DNA from: a virus
Virus record (IMG/VR): IMGVR_UViG_3300045988_176686
Reading direction: 5' to 3' (one strand)
Length of the DNA: 64,000 nt
This document shows, one piece after another, positions 56,461 to 64,000 of this stretch. The notes beneath the pieces are model-generated. The model was not told where the DNA came from, did no database searches, and saw nothing but the letters and a program-made list of their open reading frames with translations. Position numbers and translations under genes: made by a program. Positions within the stretch are counted from its first letter, which is position 1. Each line of letters opens with the position of its first letter.

Positions 56461-56545
56461 TTATAAAAGTTTGAGCGTGAGCAGAATGTAGAACGGAATG
56501 TCACCAAGGAGGTAGGACCTTATGGAGTTACGGATTTTTTTCCAT
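56461..56545 (-). pseudogene. decayed copy of the 78-aa membrane-protein gene
   Basis: ATG GAA AAA AAT CCG TAA, then out-of-frame YLLGDIPFYILLTLKL matching YLLGGIPFYILLTLKL of 56040-56276. Confidence 0.5.
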
Positions 56546-56557
56546 AAGAGGGTATTT

Positions 56558-56722
56558 TTAGAGTTCAATTAAAATTTTTATGTGTAGATTTCCTCCCCCC
56601 ATTGTGTGAATGGCTGGCGCAATGCCATGTGGAGAGAATACACGTCGAGATTGCTCAAACATTCTGTCGTAAGGTGGAAAGTTTAAGCTGCCCACTACAA
56701 GGGTGTGAAGGGTGCGGTTCAT
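56558..56722 (-). CDS. 54-aa mini-ORF resembling a C5-cytosine methyltransferase variable-region segment (copy B)
   Basis: MNRTLHTLVVGSLNFPPYDRMFEQSRRVFSPHGIAPAIHTMGGGNLHIKILIEL. ATGA start/stop overlap with the upstream gene. Confidence 0.4.
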   Translation of the reverse strand: MNRTLHTLVVGSLNFPPYDRMFEQSRRVFSPHGIAPAIHTMGGGNLHIKILIEL

Positions 56723-56970
56723 ACCTGATTCCACCAAGACAAAATAAGTTCACCGTGGGGTGTAGATTTTTCATAACCATACCGAAGTCTTAAAAACTTG
56801 GCTAATGTGTCTACATCGGGAAAAAGTTCCTCTGCATTCTCAATACGCACGCCTACTTGTCCTTTTGCACAAGCCTCGGTAATATACTTTTCTACTACGC
56901 TGAGTTGGTCTTTAAACCGCTCTTCGAGCACATCTAAACTCTTTTGTCGTGCTTCTTTTGCTGTAATCAT
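56719..56970 (-). CDS. hypothetical protein
   Basis: 83-aa ORF. Confidence 0.5.
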   Translation of the reverse strand: MITAKEARQKSLDVLEERFKDQLSVVEKYITEACAKGQVGVRIENAEELFPDVDTLAKFLRLRYGYEKSTPHGELILSWWNQV

Positions 56971-56990
56971 AATGGCTGGATTTTTAAAAA

Positions 56991-57657
56991 TTAGTGTTGC
57001 GTATTTTTCTTCAAGTGTTCAAAATCAGGAATAACCAATCTTAAAGTTTTTTCTCCTGGTCCATACGGATTGATAGCATCGATGAACATAAATTTTGAAT
57101 TTATTTGCTTTGCAAATGCTTTTATTCTTTTTATTTCGTCTTCGCGGTGGAAGCTAATGATGTGCATATTGTCATAGTCTAACGCAAGCATACAATCGCG
57201 ATGTTGCGCAAAATCGGGGAACGAATGCAGCATGCTGTTGTAATACTGGCAACCATGAATCCATTCGGGAATGAATGCTTGGGTGTAATGGTCGCCTTTC
57301 GCACCAATCACAAAATAGCATTCAAGCAAACGCTCGGCTGGGTAATAAGTCTTGGGTGCGAAGTAGAGCATTTTGCGCTCACCGTCCTCGTCGTAAAAAA
57401 GGCTATACACTTTGCCTTGGCTCAATACGCAAAAGTCGGCATCGCCTATCTTTACACCAGTTATCAAAATGGGATGTTCGTTTTTTGCAATACATTCGCC
57501 TATCTTACTTAACTTGTATTTAGTGTCAAGTTGTTTCTCTAAACTTTCACATGCGTCTGATAACGCAGCATAACGCTCCTCTAATTCTACGTACTCTTTT
57601 TCTTTCTCGCCTAATCGTCGAGTGAGCGCAGCGACTAAATTTTTTGTTTTCTATCAT
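56991..57657 (-). CDS. hypothetical protein, probable true start at 57657 with a frame break at an A6 run
   Basis: The 158-aa track ORF is open about 60 codons further upstream with no start codon. The ATG at 57657 (ATGA overlap with the upstream stop) joins it if the A6 run (57640-57645) is read as A5. Confidence 0.45.
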
Positions 57658-57857
57658 TGCTTTTCTGAGTTAAGATCTCGGTTCATTTGTTCGTGGAATT
57701 TGTCTAAGTATCGTTCCTTTTCTTTTTCCTTGTCGTAGTCGTGAGCGCAAAGAACAGTTTTAGTATTACCAAAATCGCCTTTTATGTAATGCTCACAATT
57801 AAAGCATACCAAAGAGCCGACTATCGCTTTTACACCATACGGGCAATCATATTCCAT
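57654..57857 (-). CDS. small Cys-rich (zinc-ribbon-like) protein
   Basis: 67-aa ORF with CPYG...CFNCEHY...CAHD. Its frame stays open a further 37 codons upstream. Confidence 0.5.
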   Translation of the reverse strand: MEYDCPYGVKAIVGSLVCFNCEHYIKGDFGNTKTVLCAHDYDKEKEKERYLDKFHEQMNRDLNSEKQ

Positions 57858-57970
57858 ACGCTCAAACGTAGATTTTTCAAAACGTGCAATGCGGCTTTCT
57901 GCCCCTTCAAGAAGAAAAGAAAGAGTATAGTACTCCTCGTCCGCTTCGTCAAGTCTTTTGTCGGCACATT

Positions 57971-58603
57971 TTAATTTAGAGTTCGCATATTGAGCTGTTG
58001 GGATAACTCCTCATACTTTTGTTGCAAGTCGTTATATTGCTCCTTAGCTTCGTCGCGTTCTTCGCGGACTACATTTAATTCTTTGCGTTGGAGGTCATGT
58101 TGGTTGAATAACGCTTCATAAAGTTTTTGTCCATGGTCGTATTGCTTTTTACAGAAATCACGATCGCGTTCCAACTCCTCCAACTTGTCAAGAGCTTCGG
58201 TCAAGTCGCTCACTGTGTGGTAGGAATTAATTCGCTTTACTAAGCGGTTGTAATCGTCCATAAGGTGTTTTACCCGTCCAACAAGTTCGTTGTTCTCTTG
58301 CTTTAGGTCGCCCATCATGGTAGCAAGAGCAATAAAACGTTTGCTTGCAGCTTCGGCATTTGTGCCGTAAAAATCTGCGAGTTTGCTATCCATATATTGG
58401 CGTTGCTCTTCGGTGGCAGGTTCGTAATGATCGGCAGTTAATTTACTACTATCTGGATTGAGAAAAACATGGAAGCACTTCGCCATGTCAGTGTAAGCCG
58501 AACGCAGAATAAGACCATCGGGTGTTACCTCGGCTACCTTATTGATCATGCCGTCTTCGGTGCGAACAATTACGTCGCCTGTTTTAATGTCTTCGATTTT
58601 CAT
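57971..58603 (-). CDS. coiled-coil protein
   Basis: 210-aa ORF with a helical E/K/Q/L-rich C-terminal half. Confidence 0.55.
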   Translation of the reverse strand: MKIEDIKTGDVIVRTEDGMINKVAEVTPDGLILRSAYTDMAKCFHVFLNPDSSKLTADHYEPATEEQRQYMDSKLADFYGTNAEAASKRFIALATMMGDLKQENNELVGRVKHLMDDYNRLVKRINSYHTVSDLTEALDKLEELERDRDFCKKQYDHGQKLYEALFNQHDLQRKELNVVREERDEAKEQYNDLQQKYEELSQQLNMRTLN

Positions 58604-58616
58604 TGTGAGTTATTTT

Positions 58617-58877
58617 TTAAAATTTAGTGTTTACGGTGGTGCCTTGCACTTTCTGCAAATCGGCAACGCGGGGAAGTCCTCTATCCAACTTCCGCTTCAG
58701 CCACACCTTGCGGTTGTAGCCATCCTCAATGTACACCACTTCCCATCCATGCTTTCCCTCTGCATTGAGTTTAGGCATAGGGTCTTCGTCGTTATAGATG
58801 ATGATAGATTTATATTCGAATGTGTGCATTTGTGGGTCTATTTCTATTATGTGAGGATAGTTGCTTTTTTGTTTCAT
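58617..58877 (-). CDS. hypothetical protein
   Basis: 86-aa ORF. Confidence 0.5.
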   Translation of the reverse strand: MKQKSNYPHIIEIDPQMHTFEYKSIIIYNDEDPMPKLNAEGKHGWEVVYIEDGYNRKVWLKRKLDRGLPRVADLQKVQGTTVNTKF

Positions 58878-59249
58878 TTAAGAATGTTGCAAATCTAAGT
58901 AAGCTTGATATTCGGCATCGGCTTCTAAACTCATACAAGTAAAAACACGTCCTAAGATATAATGATTGATGGGGGTGGATAGTGGCGGAACGGGTGTGCG
59001 CTCTTTATGCCAGCTAATGGGAGTGTCATTTTCTCCGTCTTTGTCGTTACCATATTTTAGAAGGTGTATCAACTGCTTCTGCATGTAGTACGAAATTTCG
59101 TGGAAGGGTTCTTGTGTGGTATAACCATTCACCACATATCCACCTGCACAAAGTTGATAGCTCGCTCCATCCAGTTTGTGCTTATACAAGCGAATGCCTG
59201 CTTTTGCGCATAATGAGCGAAGTGTTTTTTTTGTTTGATATTTGCCCAT
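58878..59249 (-). CDS. hypothetical protein
   Basis: 123-aa ORF abutting the next gene. Confidence 0.5.
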   Translation of the reverse strand: MGKYQTKKTLRSLCAKAGIRLYKHKLDGASYQLCAGGYVVNGYTTQEPFHEISYYMQKQLIHLLKYGNDKDGENDTPISWHKERTPVPPLSTPINHYILGRVFTCMSLEADAEYQAYLDLQHS

Positions 59250-59251
59250 AT

Positions 59252-59425
59252 TTATTCAAATTCATACACCACATAGGGTGTAGTGTTGCCTAATCCGTCC
59301 TCTTGGCAGGTGTGTGCACCACCCGTGGCTTGGGTTATGGCGTTGCTCACATCTGTCTTTTCGGGTCGCGACACAACTTTGCCGTCGCGGTCGCGGATCC
59401 AGCCAATGTATGTGCGTTTAGTCAT
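59252..59425 (-). CDS. 57-aa hypothetical protein (hand-translated)
   Basis: MTKRTYIGWIRDRDGKVVSRPEKTDVSNAITQATGGAHTCQEDGLGNTTPYVVYEFE. Fills the gap in the operon. Confidence 0.4.
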   Translation of the reverse strand: MTKRTYIGWIRDRDGKVVSRPEKTDVSNAITQATGGAHTCQEDGLGNTTPYVVYEFE

Positions 59426-59567
59426 AAGTGAGAAGTTTCATTGTGTGTTGCCCATGCTCATCATACAAACCTGCCCAAGCCTCGTAGCGTGAGGAGAGTG
59501 CGCTGGAAAAACCGTTCAAACGAGGAAATAGCTGAGCATCTGCATTGAAAGGTTGTTGGTTAATCAT
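59418..59567 (-). CDS. 49-aa hypothetical protein (hand-translated)
   Basis: MINQQPFNADAQLFPRLNGF... Overlaps both neighbours by 8 nt. Confidence 0.3.
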   Translation of the reverse strand: MINQQPFNADAQLFPRLNGFSSALSSRYEAWAGLYDEHGQHTMKLLTYD

Positions 59568-59838
59568 ATTCTTTATAATCGCGTCCGTATTTAGCATAAT
59601 AATATTTGCGATTGTTTAGCCAATATCTATGCCAAACATTGCGTTCATATTCTTCTACGCTCATGCCTTGCTTGTAAATACCACTATAAAGTTTGTAGCA
59701 TTCTGATGTGCGATAACCAAACGAAACAGAAGAAACAGACTTACGCGATATTGTAAAATCGTTTTCAGTAGTAATACTCGTAATATGGGCGCACCCCTTT
59801 GCTATACTCCGTATCTTTCGCAATAGTTTACATTTCAT
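59560..59838 (-). CDS. hypothetical protein
   Basis: 92-aa ORF. Confidence 0.5.
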   Translation of the reverse strand: MKCKLLRKIRSIAKGCAHITSITTENDFTISRKSVSSVSFGYRTSECYKLYSGIYKQGMSVEEYERNVWHRYWLNNRKYYYAKYGRDYKEYD

Positions 59839-59934
59839 AAGCTACATTCTTTTTAATCATATTCAATCATCACCGCTGTAGCATCAAACCCATCATTACC
59901 CGTAGTAAAAATGGTCAGTAACTGGGTCACTCAC

Positions 59935-60171
59935 TTAAAACTTGCTCCAATCACGTTGGTCTTTGGATGGGAAAAGCATACATTCAGTATCGGAATAATC
60001 GCAGAAAAGCATACCATCTCTTGTAAAAAAAGCATAAAATCCATTTTTTGTTATACAAGTAATAGGATACTCTTCATTATAATCAACTTTTGTCAGTTCC
60101 ACTTCGCCATAAACAGGACTATAAAGCTTTGTCCACTTTGGGCACTTTCTCAATATTTCTGCAATATTCAT
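59935..60171 (-). CDS. hypothetical protein (paralogue of the N-terminus of 54420-55216)
   Basis: 78-aa ORF with shared NIA.IL+K.P..TKLYSP and EC.LFPSK blocks. Confidence 0.5.
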   Translation of the reverse strand: MNIAEILRKCPKWTKLYSPVYGEVELTKVDYNEEYPITCITKNGFYAFFTRDGMLFCDYSDTECMLFPSKDQRDWSKF

Positions 60172-60767
60172 TGTTTCTTGTTTTTATTGTAAGACCTTAG
60201 CCATTTATGTTTTCTAATCCAATTCATAAGCCACCGCTTTTGCTTTTCGGTAGCAGGATAGCAACTTGTTATGAATCCGTAATGACAAGTGTACGGTTCA
60301 TCTTGTAGTCGTCCACGAGCATTGTCAGCATAGGCTTCATAATAAACTTCTCCTTCTGCACCAATGTGATGAATTAAGACGAGAGAGTCGTCTGACGCAT
60401 GAACAATGTCTCCACGATTTACCATGTTGGCTTCAAGCTTAAAACAAAACTGCCTACGAAGAAAATAATCTTGCTTGATATATGCTTCCATTTCCTCTTT
60501 AGTGTGCTCGCCTTCCCAAAGGAAATCAGTGTGACAACCACTGCGTGCATCATCAACCGACCAAGGAACTGCATACACAGACCACTCAGAACCGAATAAT
60601 TTTGCTTGGCTATAAGTGCCATATTTTCTTATCCAAATAAGCATAGCACCATCGAAACGCGCCCAATCGTCACTTTTCACATCTGGCAAATCTGAATTGA
60701 TAGGAAGAGCATAATGCCCAGCACAACCATTCGTTCCGAAATAGAACATTCGTTGTTTCTTTTCCAT
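60168..60767 (-). CDS. hypothetical protein (C-terminal domain shared with 52929-53546)
   Basis: 199-aa ORF. See 52929-53546. Confidence 0.55.
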   Translation of the reverse strand: MEKKQRMFYFGTNGCAGHYALPINSDLPDVKSDDWARFDGAMLIWIRKYGTYSQAKLFGSEWSVYAVPWSVDDARSGCHTDFLWEGEHTKEEMEAYIKQDYFLRRQFCFKLEANMVNRGDIVHASDDSLVLIHHIGAEGEVYYEAYADNARGRLQDEPYTCHYGFITSCYPATEKQKRWLMNWIRKHKWLRSYNKNKKQ

Positions 60768-60783
60768 ATTGTTTTTAGCTATG

Positions 60784-61557
60784 TTACGCTTTTACTTTAA
60801 TTCCGTAATATTGAAAGAACAAATCTTCAAATTGTTTTGCTGCATATAGTGCTGCTTTCCGACTGTTAAAGCGAAGTGGGAAACCGCCATCCGTGAAAAT
60901 TAACCCAGAACGAGTACACACCCCCGCACAGCGTACACCCGAAACACCCGTATCAGGCGCAACAACACAAGAGATGATGGGCCTAATACCCAGACTCTGC
61001 TTTTCCTCCTCACTCAGGCACGCAATATCTTCCTTGGTGTAGAACATCCAATATGGGGGTATGAGTTCTTCGTAGCTCTTTGTAGTACCTATCAAACGCT
61101 GGGTAACTTTTGAGATGGGGAGAAATTGCTTCCAAAAGTGTGTGTCTCCTCCCTCACTGAAAAATACCACTTTATCAACTACATTCCTTCCAGCACATAC
61201 CAAAACGCCCCATATATCATCATCATCATCTCTCACCAAACACGGTTGCCACTTGTCCGGCTCAAAGTTGGAGTAGTCCTCGTAGTAGGTTGGAATTTCG
61301 ATGTGGAGGTTATATATGTCTCGATCCTCTCTAAATATTTCTTTGCCATCGGTGTTAAAACACAGTACAACTTCGTAATCGCCATGTTCAACAAGAACTG
61401 CAAGGTCTTTTTTGCCTACGAGATATTTAAAATCGAAGCAAACAATTCTTGCCTTTAGCCCGTTCCTCGTTACAATTTGTCCTTCCACTTCCTTGTTGGT
61501 TATCTTCTTTGCCAACGCAAGGTTGAAGGGGATTCTCTTAAAACTTGTTTGTGCCAT
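60784..61557 (-). CDS. hypothetical protein (paralogue of 55417-55953 with extra C-terminal domain)
   Basis: 257-aa ORF. Confidence 0.55.
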   Translation of the reverse strand: MAQTSFKRIPFNLALAKKITNKEVEGQIVTRNGLKARIVCFDFKYLVGKKDLAVLVEHGDYEVVLCFNTDGKEIFREDRDIYNLHIEIPTYYEDYSNFEPDKWQPCLVRDDDDDIWGVLVCAGRNVVDKVVFFSEGGDTHFWKQFLPISKVTQRLIGTTKSYEELIPPYWMFYTKEDIACLSEEEKQSLGIRPIISCVVAPDTGVSGVRCAGVCTRSGLIFTDGGFPLRFNSRKAALYAAKQFEDLFFQYYGIKVKA

Positions 61558-61576
61558 TGTCTTATCTGTTTAAGCA

Positions 61577-62002
61577 TTAGGATTGTTCTTCTTCGTTATC
61601 GTCATCAGAAGCTGTATCACTGCTTTTTGTGAGAAATTCTGCCAAATCGGCATCTTTCTTTTCGACGGCTTGTTTAAAGTAGTTCATAAACATCTCGTTC
61701 TTTGTAAATTCTGAAAGGTCTTTGTCGTCCTTCAACTTTTGATAAGTGGGTTCGCTCTGCATGAGTCTGTCGATGTGCCCAGCTACCTTTTTAATGGCTA
61801 AAGCAAACTGCGGACTGTCGAGCGTTAGAATGCCAAACATCACAATCAGGTCTAACAGCGAACAATTACACATGGCTTGAATACCACTTCCGTTGGCTGC
61901 TATAAGAAGGTGGCGATGCTTCGCTTCGTTGGCATTTTCCCATTTTTTTAAGTTTTTGAGGACGGCTTCCATCAATTCGTCTTTTTCTTTTTTTGTTTCC
62001 AT
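61577..62002 (-). CDS. hypothetical protein
   Basis: 141-aa ORF with an acidic C-terminus. Confidence 0.5.
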   Translation of the reverse strand: METKKEKDELMEAVLKNLKKWENANEAKHRHLLIAANGSGIQAMCNCSLLDLIVMFGILTLDSPQFALAIKKVAGHIDRLMQSEPTYQKLKDDKDLSEFTKNEMFMNYFKQAVEKKDADLAEFLTKSSDTASDDDNEEEQS

Positions 62003-62050
62003 TTTTTGTTGTTATTGTTAGTTGTATATCATTAAGTGTAAATCTTTTGC

Positions 62051-62554
62051 TTATTCTGACTGAAAATACTCTCTGTATTGTTCCCATCCTGGTTCGTTGA
62101 TATTGCCAACAACCTCGAATTTCTTCATTTTCTGTCGCGAGACATCATCAAGAATGCCGTCCGAAATACCATTCACATCTGATTTCGGGTTCTTTGCCGT
62201 TGCTATAGCGAAGCATGCTCCCTCCTCGCAATAATACACTACGGCATAGTAGTTATCGCGCTTGTTGTCTTTGAGGCAACTGTACGGATATTCGTCCGAG
62301 CGCAACACGTCACCCTCATAAATTTCATTGCCGTTCTTGTCAAAAAAGCCAGTGAACTGACAGATGGTATCAGGATCTACGCTGAAATAATTGAACACTT
62401 TGTCGTGGTCGTGTTCAAAAATTCGTTCCGTTCCATCGGGAGATGTAAGAAGCGAGCCACATGCAATTTTTCCATCAAATTTAGGGTCAATGCACTGGCC
62501 TTTGAATTTAATTGCTCTCATTGTTTTGTTTCTTTTAAAAGATTGTGGAATCAT
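62051..62554 (-). CDS. YopX-family protein
   Basis: IKFKG..., QFTGFFDKNGNEIYEGDVL and VVGNINE match the YopX pattern. ATGA overlap with the upstream gene. Confidence 0.6.
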   Translation of the reverse strand: MIPQSFKRNKTMRAIKFKGQCIDPKFDGKIACGSLLTSPDGTERIFEHDHDKVFNYFSVDPDTICQFTGFFDKNGNEIYEGDVLRSDEYPYSCLKDNKRDNYYAVVYYCEEGACFAIATAKNPKSDVNGISDGILDDVSRQKMKKFEVVGNINEPGWEQYREYFQSE

Positions 62555-63294
62555 TCATCTATTTCGTCTACTCCATAAGCAATCGGGAGTTCGCGAATAG
62601 TTTCTGAGCCGTAGCTATCCTTTGTAAGACGAACGAACTCGCGGACGGTGGTGCTATCATCAAGGTTGATGCCCTTATCCTTGCAGAAACTCTCTCTGCC
62701 CATTCGGCATGAGCCAGTGAGAACGTGATGATAAGTGAAAAGGTCTCGATTGGAATAGGGCGTGTCGTAATTGGGGAACTTTTTGAGGAATGCTTCTATT
62801 CGCTCTTCTTCGGTGCTGCCGTCGTAGAGTTTTTCTTGCAGGGCAGCGAAGGCATCGTGCAAAGTTTCGCCATGCGCAAACTTATTCTGTTCCTTGACAA
62901 TGTAGCAAGGATGCAAGGTAAGGTCGCTGTGTAGCATAAAACCTTGTGCAATGTTGTCGTGAACTGATGTGATAATCGTTGGAATGTAATCTACGGAATA
63001 AACCTTGTTTCCATTCAGTTCCTTTATGTAACAGCCTGTGATAGAGCCATATCCACAACCCTCGCCATATTCAGATCCGTAACCAGCGCCATAACCATCG
63101 CCTTCGCCATCGCCATAGGAGTCGCAATTACCAGAGACACCGCCACAACAAACACTGTTGCCACGAGAAACGGCAGAGCCACATCCAGAACCAAAGCCTT
63201 CGCCATAACCAAATCCACCACCAGAGCCACGACCAAAACCATCGCCATAGGTTTTGCTCAGAAATGCTTTGATGCGAATATCTAAAGTTTCCAT
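62551..63294 (-). CDS. hypothetical protein with Gly-rich (GxGxG/GYG) N-terminal low-complexity region
   Basis: 247-aa ORF. About 70 aa of G/Y/E/D/S repeats, then a globular domain. Confidence 0.55.
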   Translation of the reverse strand: METLDIRIKAFLSKTYGDGFGRGSGGGFGYGEGFGSGCGSAVSRGNSVCCGGVSGNCDSYGDGEGDGYGAGYGSEYGEGCGYGSITGCYIKELNGNKVYSVDYIPTIITSVHDNIAQGFMLHSDLTLHPCYIVKEQNKFAHGETLHDAFAALQEKLYDGSTEEERIEAFLKKFPNYDTPYSNRDLFTYHHVLTGSCRMGRESFCKDKGINLDDSTTVREFVRLTKDSYGSETIRELPIAYGVDEIDE

Positions 63295-63578
63295 TCCTCC
63301 ACTCCTTCTATTGATTTGATTGCTTTGTCAGTACATGGAATGATTTCTATTGCATCAAGAATGGTAATGCTTTTTACCCTGACGGTAAACTTGCATTCGT
63401 CAGGTTTCGACGTGCCATCTGTGGCGAGCTGAGAGAGGGTCGCTGCTCCAGACCAAGACCAAATGCGACGTGCGTTATAAAGCGTAACTTCACTGCCGTT
63501 GTGTTCTGCAAGTGTTCCAAACTCTACTCCGCTGCGGTCGCCACGGATAATTACTTTTTTTCCAATGTTTAAATCCAT
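63282..63578 (-). CDS. hypothetical protein
   Basis: 98-aa ORF. Confidence 0.5.
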   Translation of the reverse strand: MDLNIGKKVIIRGDRSGVEFGTLAEHNGSEVTLYNARRIWSWSGAATLSQLATDGTSKPDECKFTVRVKSITILDAIEIIPCTDKAIKSIEGVEEWKL

Positions 63579-63685
63579 AATTCTAACTACTTTAGTATGT
63601 TAGGGTTGATAACTGTTTTTTTTATTGATTATGGAATAGCGTTGCGCTGCTATGAGAGCAACACTATGAATGTTAAGTGCAAATG

Positions 63686-63976
63686 TTAGTCGTGATTAGA
63701 CTTGCGTTCCATGTTCTCTTTGAACAAATCTGCAAAGCCGTACCAAAAATAATTCATCCACTTGGGCGACTGCTTGAACTGCTCGTACATTATCTTTACT
63801 GATAGCATCTTCAAATGCTTCTCGCAATCTGTTATACTCTTGTGCCATCCGTCCCATTTCTTCATTTCTATCTGAAGCACTGTCTTTAGGAACATTGCAG
63901 CCTCGTGAGTAGGTGGAAGGTCGAACTGAAGGAAAAGTGCGGTGTCGGTATCATTGGCTTGCAAAAACTTTCGCAC
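63686..63976 (-). CDS. hypothetical protein
   Basis: 96-aa ORF near the window edge. Confidence 0.45.
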   Translation of the reverse strand: MRKFLQANDTDTALFLQFDLPPTHEAAMFLKTVLQIEMKKWDGWHKSITDCEKHLKMLSVKIMYEQFKQSPKWMNYFWYGFADLFKENMERKSNHD

Positions 63977-64000
63977 GGCATCATCTTTCAGAAAATAGCG

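Noticed and set aside
57649-57656. In-frame TGA-TAG between two ORFs, as evidence for stop-codon reassignment or readthrough
   Set aside because: Two different stop codons sit in tandem, and all long genes in the window are free of in-frame TGA or TAG. An ATGA-overlapping start plus a 1-nt homopolymer indel explains the pattern better.
1-64000. Diversity-generating retroelement, integrase/attP, CRISPR-Cas or classical toxin-antitoxin modules
   Set aside because: I recognised no reverse transcriptase, tyrosine or serine recombinase, or cas genes among the ORFs, and no template/variable repeat pair. The GNAT at 52123 has a membrane anchor and no adjacent antitoxin-like partner. Absence cannot be proven without profile searches.

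Overview
This 64-kb window reads as the interior of a tailed dsDNA phage, either a free genome or a prophage. The host is most likely in the Bacteroidota: Shine-Dalgarno sequences are nearly absent, 5' leaders are A/C-rich, and many intergenic -7 boxes fit the Bacteroides TAnnTTTG consensus.

I call about 80 protein genes in five strand blocks:
- 853-33428 (minus): tail-fibre and baseplate-like genes, a frame-broken PAPS-reductase-like gene, a putative portal, a GH108 endolysin, the major capsid protein, an S49 protease/scaffold, a dUTPase / ThyX-like / guanylate-kinase-like cluster, and a VirE-N/primase-like gene.
- 33671-37170 (plus): four small membrane or Cys-rich genes, one unknown gene and a LysR regulator.
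- 37890-45044 (minus): an 1805-aa tape measure, two small genes and a holin.
- 45291-52015 (plus): a possible small terminase, three DNA methyltransferases, small membrane proteins and the large terminase.
- 52123-64000 (minus): a GNAT, an HU-like protein and about 25 small early-type genes in several paralogue families.

The most unusual content is RNA and regulatory:
- a tandem array of four promoter-hairpin-terminator mini-units, which are candidate sRNAs (1490-2090)
- an initiator-type tRNA(CAU) with a non-canonical C33 and a bulged T-stem (26567-26640)
- a tRNA-like element whose 3' half precedes its 5' half, i.e. circularly permuted or a fragment junction (31221-31299)
- six promoters sharing wTGTCCkTAk-N18-TAnnTTTG, distinct from the host-type TTTG/TAnnTTTG promoters
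- two arrays of TTCGCGCGAA palindromes at 22-23 bp spacing that share an identical 54-bp block
- a Dam-like methyltransferase split at G9 and A12 tracts
- a two-methyltransferase cassette flanked by 42-bp direct repeats that copy the large-terminase start
- tandem mini-ORFs resembling part of a C5-cytosine methyltransferase

Several genes are broken by 1-nt frame shifts, mostly at homopolymers. These could be sequencing errors, decay, or slippage switches, and I cannot tell which from the sequence alone. All RNA, promoter and repeat coordinates were derived by hand and may be off by 1-2 nt. No database search was possible.
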